From contig DAONET010000002.1 of NCBI GenBank assembly GCA_035403225.1, positions 62,443 to 126,442 of the forward strand: a stretch of 64,000 nucleotides of DNA. Reading direction: 5' to 3'. Under the pieces are notes generated by a model that saw only the letters and a program-made list of their open reading frames with translations, had not been told where the DNA came from and did no database searches. The DNA comes from Bacteroidales bacterium. Lineage in GTDB: Bacteria > Bacteroidota > Bacteroidia > Bacteroidales > FEN-979. This document shows positions 45,867 to 53,523 of the stretch, piece by piece. The number at the start of each line of letters is the position of its first letter. The first letter of the stretch is position 1. The position numbers were made by a program, and so were the translations under genes.

Positions 45867-46251
45867 AAAAGTAAAAGTGATTCCTTGCAGTGGAATAGGG
45901 AAAGTATTTGGCTTCATGGCCCGGGAAGCTGCATTGAAAACAGTTTATGAATTATGCCCGGAAAAAGCTGAAACGGTTTGTCTCGCCCGGATAGTGACCG
46001 GCGATCAGGAAGTGAAGGAAAAGATCGAAGGCAGTGATTGTATCACGGTGGATGGTTGCCCCAAAATGTGTGCCTCAAAAAATGTCACAGCCGCAGGAGG
46101 CATCGTAATAGAAGAAATCAAAGTATTAGATACCGTGAAAGAGCATAAAGGGGAAAAGTTCGGATCACCCTCGCAACTGGATGCTGATGGCGAAGTCGTA
46201 ACAGGCGAAATCGCATCGAAGATCGCTGATAGAATAAATGAAGTAAAATAA
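45859..46251 (+). CDS. DGC-domain protein
   Basis: 130 aa with motifs IPCSGIGKVFG and ITVDGCPKMCA. Confidence 0.75.
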   Translation: MDKKVKVIPCSGIGKVFGFMAREAALKTVYELCPEKAETVCLARIVTGDQEVKEKIEGSDCITVDGCPKMCASKNVTAAGGIVIEEIKVLDTVKEHKGEKFGSPSQLDADGEVVTGEIASKIADRINEVK

Positions 46252-46257
46252 GGAGGA

Positions 46258-46716
46258 ATGCTGATGTCGGAATTTAAAGTAGGCGTAATTTCTTGCAGCG
46301 GAGAGGAATGTCTCGGGGGAACCATCTCAAGACTGGCGACAAGAAAGGTGTTGGAAGAGCTGAAAATGGTTGAACCGGTTACCCTGTGTCTGCCGCTTTA
46401 CCTGGCCGGTGGGAAAGAAGAACGAAACTTTGCCAGGGTGTTCCCGGTAATATCAGTCGACGGTTGCCATCAATGCTGCGCCAAAAGAAGTACGGAAAAG
46501 TACAGCGGTCAGGTAAGCGGGGCTGTCGATGTGGCAGACATCATCGGGGAAGAGAACGCCCTGAACACGGAAATTGTCAGGAATAAGGATCTTACATCAG
46601 AACACCTCCGGATGATTGACCGGGTTGCAGAAGATATCGTAAAAAAGATCGGGAATATCAGTCCGGATGCTTATTCCGGGAAAACATTCCACGGTTGTGG
46701 ATGCAGCGAAAAGTGA
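46258..46716 (+). CDS. DGC-domain protein
   Basis: 152 aa with motifs ISCSGEECLGG, ISVDGCHQCCA and a C-terminal HGCGCSEK. AAGGAGG at 46250-46256 favours the ATG at 46264 as the true start. Confidence 0.75.
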   Translation: MLMSEFKVGVISCSGEECLGGTISRLATRKVLEELKMVEPVTLCLPLYLAGGKEERNFARVFPVISVDGCHQCCAKRSTEKYSGQVSGAVDVADIIGEENALNTEIVRNKDLTSEHLRMIDRVAEDIVKKIGNISPDAYSGKTFHGCGCSEK

Positions 46717-46751
46717 CTAATGGATCCCTCTAATAAACATTTTGGAAAACG

Positions 46752-47246
46752 ATGAACGCTTCTGATAAAAGAAAACCAATATCAGCGATCCTTAACATCA
46801 CCTTTATCGGGCTGGGCCTCGTGGCCCTGGTCTTGTTGTTCGTTTTCAAAGGCAGTCTGAATACCGTTGTTACAAAAACCATCAAAGCACAGGCCGGTGA
46901 AGAGCTTCAAAACCATGTTGCCATGTATGTTGATTCTGCGTTCAATTACCGGCAGAACGGGGAAGGCTTCCGGATAACATTCCTTGAATTTGGTGCTAAA
47001 GGTTGCAGTGCTTGCAAAATGATGGAAAAGGAGATGGAGAAAGTGAAAAACAATCATCCGGATGAAGTCAGGGTGACTTTTGTCAATGTTTTGATGCCTG
47101 CTGGTCAGGATCTGATGAAATATTACGGAATTGCCTCCATCCCGACACAGGTACTTTTGGATGATGCTGGTCACGAGGTTTTCAGGCATACTGGATATTT
47201 TTCATCAGATGATCTGGATAAAGAGTTTTTAAAAATCAACCCATAA
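46752..47246 (+). CDS. Membrane-anchored periplasmic thioredoxin
   Basis: 164 aa with an N-terminal TM helix and a Trx fold carrying FGAKGCSACKMM and the cis-Pro region SIPTQV. Confidence 0.85.
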   Translation: MNASDKRKPISAILNITFIGLGLVALVLLFVFKGSLNTVVTKTIKAQAGEELQNHVAMYVDSAFNYRQNGEGFRITFLEFGAKGCSACKMMEKEMEKVKNNHPDEVRVTFVNVLMPAGQDLMKYYGIASIPTQVLLDDAGHEVFRHTGYFSSDDLDKEFLKINP

Positions 47247-47255
47247 AAAATTCGT

Positions 47256-47615
47256 ATGAAAAATTTCCACCTGCTTTGGATTCTTACCGCATTTCTCCTT
47301 TGGTCTTGCGCTGAAAAAGATAATACCCAACCATCCGAAGAAATAAAAATTAACAGCCTGACAGCATCGGAAAACCCCGTCAAAGCCTGGGACACGGCGG
47401 TAATCACGGTAGAAGCTACCGGCGACAACCTCCAATACAGATGGGAAGCAAACCACGGTAATTTCAGGGGAGGCGGTAAACAAATCAGATATGCTGCAGG
47501 TGAATGTTGTGTTGGTCTCAACACGATCACCTGCACGGTTTCTAATAGCTCGGGTAAGGTATCCGATACCATTATGATCCGTGTTACATCCTATTTCGAT
47601 CCAAAAAACAAATAG
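47256..47615 (+). CDS. Small Ig-like lipoprotein with a vicinal Cys pair
   Basis: 119 aa with lipobox LLWSCAEK. It is beta-rich and carries the motif AAGECCVG...ITC. Confidence 0.55.
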   Translation: MKNFHLLWILTAFLLWSCAEKDNTQPSEEIKINSLTASENPVKAWDTAVITVEATGDNLQYRWEANHGNFRGGGKQIRYAAGECCVGLNTITCTVSNSSGKVSDTIMIRVTSYFDPKNK

Positions 47616-47618
47616 TAC

Positions 47619-48608
47619 ATGCTGAAATTAAACGCATTTCTGATCAGTTCATCGTTGCTGTTTTTTATTATCGCGGATAAAACCTCCGCTCAATGTTGCT
47701 CTTCGGGGAATCCTTTTATCAGCGATGCAGAGCATCCTGCCCTGCAATCACAGGTGCTGACCTCTTCTCTGACGTACCGTTATGGCCATTCCTCCCAATA
47801 CTTTTCCGGGGATTCACGATTTTCCGACCTTCCATTCAAGGAGACTTCTTATAGCAATTACGCGGATTTCCAAGTTGGCTATGGAATCACCAATTGGTTG
47901 ACTGTACAAGCCGGCATAGGCTACTTTTTCAATAAAACCCTGACCACATCCGGACTGGAACCTTATAAGGGTTTTGGATTAGGTGATGCGGAACTGTATT
48001 TGAAATTCAATGCTTATACAAATCCTGAAAAAAGATTTTCAATCTCACCTTCACTGGGTGTGAAATTCCCCATCGGTGTTTTTGATCAGGAAGCAGATCA
48101 TGTACAATTACCCATCACGGTCCAGCCATCATCGGGAAGCTATAAATACACCGGGAATGTGTTTATTTTAAAAGGCATCGGCAGAAAAATGGCTTTCGCT
48201 GCATTCCTTGCCTATGAATATTCACAACTCATTGAGTCGGACAATTTCTACTATAAGTACGGTGATCAATGGATTGGCGCCGTGTACTTCAACTTCCAGG
48301 CATGGAAACGGCTTGGGGCAGATATTCAGTTCCGGAATGAATACAGGGCCAAATCCACGCGTGAACATAACGAAATCGTAGATGCTACGGGCTACAACGT
48401 GATCTTCTTCACTCCTCAGTTGACCTGGGCTTTTAAGCACAACTGGTATCTTTCAGCGTACTCCGACATCCCCATATACAAATACTACAATGGTATCCAA
48501 ATGTCATTCGGGTATTCATTTTCAGTTCGTTTGACAAAAAAGATCGATTTTATTGCGCTGAAAGCATACCAAAAATCAAAAAATTATGACGTATTATTAC
48601 GTCAATAA
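47619..48608 (+). CDS. Outer-membrane beta-barrel protein with CC at the predicted mature N-terminus
   Basis: 329 aa. The signal peptide ends ...KTSA, and the predicted mature N-terminus is QCCSSGNPF (Cys codons 47694-47699). Aromatic and Gly-rich strands alternate. Confidence 0.6.
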   Translation: MLKLNAFLISSSLLFFIIADKTSAQCCSSGNPFISDAEHPALQSQVLTSSLTYRYGHSSQYFSGDSRFSDLPFKETSYSNYADFQVGYGITNWLTVQAGIGYFFNKTLTTSGLEPYKGFGLGDAELYLKFNAYTNPEKRFSISPSLGVKFPIGVFDQEADHVQLPITVQPSSGSYKYTGNVFILKGIGRKMAFAAFLAYEYSQLIESDNFYYKYGDQWIGAVYFNFQAWKRLGADIQFRNEYRAKSTREHNEIVDATGYNVIFFTPQLTWAFKHNWYLSAYSDIPIYKYYNGIQMSFGYSFSVRLTKKIDFIALKAYQKSKNYDVLLRQ

Positions 48609-48649
48609 AGATTATAACGTATATTTGCGTCAAATCAAATTCAAGAGAG

Positions 48650-49393
48650 ATGAAAAAATTTTTTGTTTTGATGTTGTTCCTGTCATTCCTGCCAGGCACA
48701 CTTCTCCTTTCAGCACAGACCTCCCAGGAGTTGTTGAAAGCCCAAAAGTCGGGAAAAACAGTTTTCCTGGTTGCCTACACATCGAAAGGCGCTGAACTTG
48801 ATAAGGCTGTTGCCATTGCAAAATCAGCTAATCAAAAAGTCCCTTCCGCAACGACCGTTGTGACCATGAATGCAAGCGATGCCGGCAACAAAGATCTTGT
48901 CACAAAATTCCGAATAAGTGGTGCTCCTTTACCCTTAATCCTGGTTTTGGATAAGAATGGAACAGCCGCAGGCGGGATCATTCTAAAAGAGGCCACTGCA
49001 GAGAAATTGGTAGATATGATACCATCACCAAAAACTTCTGAACTTCTGAAAGGATTGGCAGATGGAAAATCAGTATATATAGTGGTTTACAAGGAAAGCA
49101 TGACTTCGAAAAAAGAAATCATGAATAACTGTGCCACGGCCTGTTCCAAAATGAAGAATACAAGTATTACCATTCAGGTCAACGCCGATGACAAGAAGGA
49201 AACCAAACTATTACGCACCTTAAAGTATGATAATACGGCGACGCAACCTGTTACCTATGTGGTGAATTCATCGGGCCAGTTGACAGATACATATAATGGC
49301 ATGACCAATGTGACCAGCCTGATAGGTTCAGCCCAAAAAGTGATCAAAAGTTCCTGTTGCCCGGGAGGCTCAAAAACCGGTGTTTGTAAATAA
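48650..49393 (+). CDS. Periplasmic tandem thioredoxin-fold-like protein with a Cys-rich C-terminal tail
   Basis: 247 aa with a signal peptide. There are two ~100-aa repeats (KSGKTVFLVAY... and ADGKSVYIVVY...). The tail is SSCCPGGSKTGVCK (about 49349-49390). Confidence 0.55.
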   Translation: MKKFFVLMLFLSFLPGTLLLSAQTSQELLKAQKSGKTVFLVAYTSKGAELDKAVAIAKSANQKVPSATTVVTMNASDAGNKDLVTKFRISGAPLPLILVLDKNGTAAGGIILKEATAEKLVDMIPSPKTSELLKGLADGKSVYIVVYKESMTSKKEIMNNCATACSKMKNTSITIQVNADDKKETKLLRTLKYDNTATQPVTYVVNSSGQLTDTYNGMTNVTSLIGSAQKVIKSSCCPGGSKTGVCK

Positions 49394-49398
49394 TCCCT

Positions 49399-50625
49399 TT
49401 GATCATGACACTTTTTAAACTGGTTTGTATTGAACTCTGGAAACGAAAATCCCAGCTGATTACCGGGCTTCTGGCCATAACCCTTGGTATTGCAGTCATT
49501 GTAGGCATACAGAGCGTTGCTGTTGTTTCTGAACAAAACGTAGCAAAAAACCTCGATAATCTCGGGGCAAATATTCTGATTCTTCCACAGGCTGCAAGCA
49601 TAGACGATTATTACACGGCTGATATTGATGCGCCAACTTTGCCAATGGATTATGTTGAGCGGATACTGTCTTCCACCATTGCCGGTGTCGATAATATGTC
49701 ACCAAAACTAACCCGAAGAATCAAAGTAAAAGGTCAGACCGTCGTACTTACCGGGATACTTCCCAAAAGCGAAATTGCTTCCAAACCCCTTTGGCAATCC
49801 TCCGGTTTACTGGGAAAACAACTTACCACTGAATGCTCTCCCAACCAAACAGTCAATGAATCTCACGGGATGGAGGATGAAAGGTTGCAACGGAAGGCCA
49901 TCGATACCCTTTACAGTGAGAATTGCCTCGCAGGATCACAGGTTGCCAAGAAACTAAACCTTTCCGTTAACAACAAAATTACTATACTCGGAAAGTCTTT
50001 TACGGTGGCGAAGATACTTCCGGAAACAGGGACAGTGGATGATGACAGAATTTTTGCCAACCTGAAAGATGTGCAAAATCTTTTAAAGATCGAAAACCAG
50101 GTATCGGCCATTGAAATCATGGGGTGCTGTCATGCAATTTCAGAAGGATTGCTCAGCCAACTCAGAAACATTCTGCCGGATACAAGAGTGACATCAATAA
50201 ACCAGATTGTATCTACCCAAATCGAAACGAATCAGTTGATGAAAAAAATCACCCTGGTCATGCTGATCATCATCTTCTTCGTTGGAGGAATTTCTATCGG
50301 GAACTTTATCTGGGCGAATGTCAACGAACGGAAAAAGGAAATCGGAATCCTTCGAATGATCGGTGCAAACCATTGGACGATTTATAGTCTTTTCCTTTAT
50401 AAAGCCGTTTTCCTGGGTATTGTCGGGGGAATTCTCGGATATCTTTTGGGAACACTGGCAGGAGTGATTCTGGGGCCTTACTTTGCAGGAATCAATGTGC
50501 AACCCGTGGCAATCTATTTCCTTTACTCTATTTTGCTATCCGTCATCATTGCGATAGCCGGGTCTGTTTTACCTACTTGTCTTGCTGCAAGGATCGACCC
50601 CCATTTAAATTTACAAGAAGATTAA
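49399..50625 (+). CDS. FtsX/MacB-type ABC transporter permease
   Basis: 408 aa with TM1, a large periplasmic domain and three C-terminal TMs (the FtsX fold). The start is TTG 49399 or ATG 49405. Confidence 0.85.
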   Translation: MIMTLFKLVCIELWKRKSQLITGLLAITLGIAVIVGIQSVAVVSEQNVAKNLDNLGANILILPQAASIDDYYTADIDAPTLPMDYVERILSSTIAGVDNMSPKLTRRIKVKGQTVVLTGILPKSEIASKPLWQSSGLLGKQLTTECSPNQTVNESHGMEDERLQRKAIDTLYSENCLAGSQVAKKLNLSVNNKITILGKSFTVAKILPETGTVDDDRIFANLKDVQNLLKIENQVSAIEIMGCCHAISEGLLSQLRNILPDTRVTSINQIVSTQIETNQLMKKITLVMLIIIFFVGGISIGNFIWANVNERKKEIGILRMIGANHWTIYSLFLYKAVFLGIVGGILGYLLGTLAGVILGPYFAGINVQPVAIYFLYSILLSVIIAIAGSVLPTCLAARIDPHLNLQED

Positions 50626-50627
50626 TC

Positions 50628-51305
50628 ATGATGATACAGGTAGAAAAAATATTCAAGCGGTATAATCATAATAGTAAGACTATCAATGCTCTGGACGGGG
50701 TATCGTTTCAGATCAACCAAAGTGATTTTGTCACCGTGACCGGCCCTTCCGGATCTGGTAAAAGCACTTTACTACTGTCTCTTTTTGGGTTGATACGGAT
50801 AAGTTCCGGCTCCATTCAGTTTAATGATCGCCGGATTGATGATCTGCCGGATAGGGAACTTGCCCTGATCAGAAAAAAAGATGTGGGGTATGTCCTCCAG
50901 AGTTTTGCTTTGATCCCGTACCTGACAACCATCCAAAACGTAATGATCCCACTGGCATTGGGAAGGATCCGGAAAAAAGAACAGTTCGACCGTGCATCAG
51001 AGATCCTTGAATATGTGGGCCTCTCCGATCGTATGGACCATCTGCCGGGAGAACTGTCTGCAGGCCAGCAACAAAGGGTTGCCATCGCCAGGGCGATTGT
51101 CCACCATCCAAAGGTCATTCTTGCTGATGAACCAACCGGAAATCTTGATCCTTTCTTGTCGGTAGAGATATTGGAATTTCTGAAAAAAATCAATGAGGAA
51201 AATAAAATCACGGTGATGATGGTGACCCATAGCCCTGTCGCAGCACAATACGGAACCGTGAAACTTCATCTTCAGAATGGTAAAATAATGAATAATAACC
51301 GGTAA
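50628..51305 (+). CDS. ABC transporter ATP-binding protein (MacB/LolD-like)
   Basis: About 225 aa from ATG 50628. It has Walker A GPSGSGKST, the signature LSAGQQQRVAIARA and Walker B ILADEPTGNLD. Confidence 0.9.
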   Translation: MMIQVEKIFKRYNHNSKTINALDGVSFQINQSDFVTVTGPSGSGKSTLLLSLFGLIRISSGSIQFNDRRIDDLPDRELALIRKKDVGYVLQSFALIPYLTTIQNVMIPLALGRIRKKEQFDRASEILEYVGLSDRMDHLPGELSAGQQQRVAIARAIVHHPKVILADEPTGNLDPFLSVEILEFLKKINEENKITVMMVTHSPVAAQYGTVKLHLQNGKIMNNNR

Positions 51306-51307
51306 AA

Positions 51308-51643
51308 ATGGCTTACGCAAAAACAGAATTGTTCGATAAGAAATTATCCTCCGATGCATCCTTATTCAAATCGCTGGCGCATCCCGCACGATTGGCAATA
51401 TTGAAATACCTTGCTGAAACCCGGGTTTGTATTACTGGCGATATTTCAGATAAATTGCCTTTGAGCCGGACAACCATTGTCCAGCACTTGAAAGAGTTGA
51501 AAAAAGTCGGGCTAATTCAGGGACAAGTTGATGGTGCAAAAGTGAATTATTGTCTTGATAATAAAAAAGTGTGTGAGGCTTATTCCGCTATACGGGAATT
51601 CTTCGATACCATCAATGTCCCAAACAACGGGAATTGTAAATAA
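51308..51643 (+). CDS. arsR: ArsR/SmtB-family transcriptional regulator (second copy)
   Basis: 111 aa with the HTH region LAHPARLAILKYLAETRVCITGDISDKLPLSRTTIVQHLKELKKVGLI. It starts 2 bp after the ABC ATPase gene. Confidence 0.9.
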   Translation: MAYAKTELFDKKLSSDASLFKSLAHPARLAILKYLAETRVCITGDISDKLPLSRTTIVQHLKELKKVGLIQGQVDGAKVNYCLDNKKVCEAYSAIREFFDTINVPNNGNCK

Positions 51644-51657
51644 TCTTTCTGACAACC

Positions 51658-52068
51658 ATGAAAATCCTGATCATTTGTACCGGAAATTCATGCCGAAGCC
51701 AGATGGCTGAAGGTTTTTTGAAATCCCTGAATCCTTCCATGCAGGTTTTTTCTGCAGGTACCCTCCCTGAAAAACAGGTCAGTCCTTATGCCGTAGAGGT
51801 CATGAAAGAAATCGGAATAGATATTTCCCGGAACAGGCCCAAAAAGGTGGATCTGTTTCTTGACGATTCTTTTGATTATGTGATCACCGTATGCGATTCG
51901 GCGAAAGAAACCTGCCCGTTGTTCATCGGGAAAGTGAAAAACAGACGTCACATGGGTTTTGAAGATCCGGCGGATGCCCGGGGGACAAAAGAAGAAATTC
52001 TTGCCGTCTATCGCCGTGTCAGAGATCAGATCAGAGAAGAATTCAGGGCTTTTTACGATACCTTGTAA
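51658..52068 (+). CDS. arsC: Arsenate reductase, LMW-PTP (thioredoxin-coupled) type
   Basis: 136 aa with the P-loop ICTGNSCRSQMAEG and the downstream Cys pair VCDSAKETCP. Confidence 0.9.
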   Translation: MKILIICTGNSCRSQMAEGFLKSLNPSMQVFSAGTLPEKQVSPYAVEVMKEIGIDISRNRPKKVDLFLDDSFDYVITVCDSAKETCPLFIGKVKNRRHMGFEDPADARGTKEEILAVYRRVRDQIREEFRAFYDTL

Positions 52069-52084
52069 ATAATCACTTCAGATA

Positions 52085-53206
52085 ATGGTAAAAATCAGTA
52101 AAAAACCGGCTTGTGATTGCGGATGCAACGGTGATGGAGCATCTCCATCCGAAAAAAAACATCCCGGATTACAACCTGATTTCATAATTGGCTCATATCC
52201 ATCTGGCGAAAAATCCGTTCCTCTGGTTTCAACAACATGGAGCCGGACCGATCGGCTGAGCGCGTTGAAAGTCCGGTGGTCCATCGGCAGAATGCATTAT
52301 AAAGTCGATCCGGGAATTTATGCAGTCGGGAAACCCGGCGATCAATCGCTTGTTTTTGTGACCGCCAATTATAAGTTGAGTTTTGATCACCTCAGAAGAG
52401 GGCTCGACGGACTCGACGCCTGGATCCTGGTCCTTGACACGAAAGGGATTAATGTTTGGTGCGCTGCCGGGAAAGGGACATTCGGCACCAAAGAACTGGT
52501 GCGCCGCATCCGGATCCATCACCTGGCCGACCTGGTCACTCACCGGAGAATCATCCTGCCGCAACTGAGCGCTACGGGAGTTGCCGCTCATGAAGTGAAA
52601 AAAATGACGGGTTTTTCGGTTACCTATGGCCCGGTGAGAGCCGTCGACATCAAGGCGTTCCTTGATTCCGGCCTGAAAGCCGGCGAAAGAATGAGAACCG
52701 TTACTTTTTCGTTGGCAGACCGCCTGAAACTGATCCCCGTCGATATCTTTTACGCAAAATATTACCTCCTCCTTATCCCGGCCCTGTTTTTCCTCCTTTC
52801 GGGTCTCAACCCCCATGGGTATTCCATCGAAATGGCCGTTGAAACCGGGAGCAGATCCATACTCAATTTATTTGCCGGTTACCTTTCCGGATGCGCTCTT
52901 ACCCCCATCCTCCTGCCCTGGATCCCGTTCAGAAGGTTTTCGCTGAAAGGATTACTGGTCGGCTGGTTAGTCGCACTCTTCCTGATGGGGGCAGGCACCT
53001 TGGGAAATAACGCGGTCGAGATCGGTTCCTGGTTCCTGATCATGGGAGGACTATCTTCTTTCATGGCCATGAATTTTACTGGTTCGTCTACCTTCACATC
53101 CCTATCCGGAGTTCAAAAAGAAATGAAAACGGCCATTCCTGTTCAGATTACGATGACGGCTCTGGGACTGGCAGGATGGATATTCACCAGATTTATTATC
53201 CTATGA
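52085..53206 (+). CDS. hgcA: Mercury-methylation corrinoid protein HgcA
   Basis: 373 aa. It has the cap-helix signature GINVWCAAGKGTFG (Cys126 codon 52460-52462), a CFeSP-like corrinoid-binding N-domain, a C-terminal multi-helix membrane domain and an N-terminal CDCGC cluster. Confidence 0.9.
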   Translation: MVKISKKPACDCGCNGDGASPSEKKHPGLQPDFIIGSYPSGEKSVPLVSTTWSRTDRLSALKVRWSIGRMHYKVDPGIYAVGKPGDQSLVFVTANYKLSFDHLRRGLDGLDAWILVLDTKGINVWCAAGKGTFGTKELVRRIRIHHLADLVTHRRIILPQLSATGVAAHEVKKMTGFSVTYGPVRAVDIKAFLDSGLKAGERMRTVTFSLADRLKLIPVDIFYAKYYLLLIPALFFLLSGLNPHGYSIEMAVETGSRSILNLFAGYLSGCALTPILLPWIPFRRFSLKGLLVGWLVALFLMGAGTLGNNAVEIGSWFLIMGGLSSFMAMNFTGSSTFTSLSGVQKEMKTAIPVQITMTALGLAGWIFTRFIIL

Positions 53207-53502
53207 AAGAATTCATTTATTTACCCGACGTAGTCACCCTGGAACTTGACAGGGAGAAATGCAACGGTTGCCGGATGTGCCTGACGGTATGTCCCCACGC
53301 TGTATTTGAAATAAAAGATAAGAAGGCGGTGATCCGTCATAAAGATCAATGTATGGAATGCGGGGCATGTGCCAAAAACTGCCCGCAGGAGGCCATTACC
53401 GTCAGATCCGGTGTAGGGTGTGCAGCCGGGATCCTCAATGGAATACTCCGCGGTACTGAACCGACATGCGATTGCAGTAAGGATAGCGGAAGTTGTTGTT
53501 GA
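53203..53502 (+). CDS. hgcB: Mercury-methylation ferredoxin HgcB
   Basis: 99 aa from an ATG overlapping the hgcA stop as ATGA. It has two CxxCxxCxxxCP motifs (CNGCRMCLTVCP and CMECGACAKNCP) and the C-terminal tail CDCSKDSGSCC. Confidence 0.9.
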   Translation: MKEFIYLPDVVTLELDREKCNGCRMCLTVCPHAVFEIKDKKAVIRHKDQCMECGACAKNCPQEAITVRSGVGCAAGILNGILRGTEPTCDCSKDSGSCC

Positions 53503-53523
53503 ATCTCAAATCTTCAGATCGAT

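Noticed and set aside
48587-48604. The inverted repeat TGACGTA-TTAT-TACGTCA (CRE/CRP-like) at the 3' end of the OM-barrel gene, with related ACGTA/GCGTCA fragments just downstream.
   Set aside because: It is a single short occurrence ending 1 nt before the stop codon. It could be a small RNA hairpin between cistrons, but nothing distinguishes it from chance. It is worth a look only if transcript processing is mapped there.
52085-53206. Whether the corrinoid protein is the Wood-Ljungdahl CFeSP large subunit (AcsC) rather than HgcA.
   Set aside because: It has a C-terminal multi-helix membrane domain and the Cys-containing NVWCAAGK cap helix. It is paired with a small CC-tailed ferredoxin, and no acsB, acsD or cooS genes are nearby.
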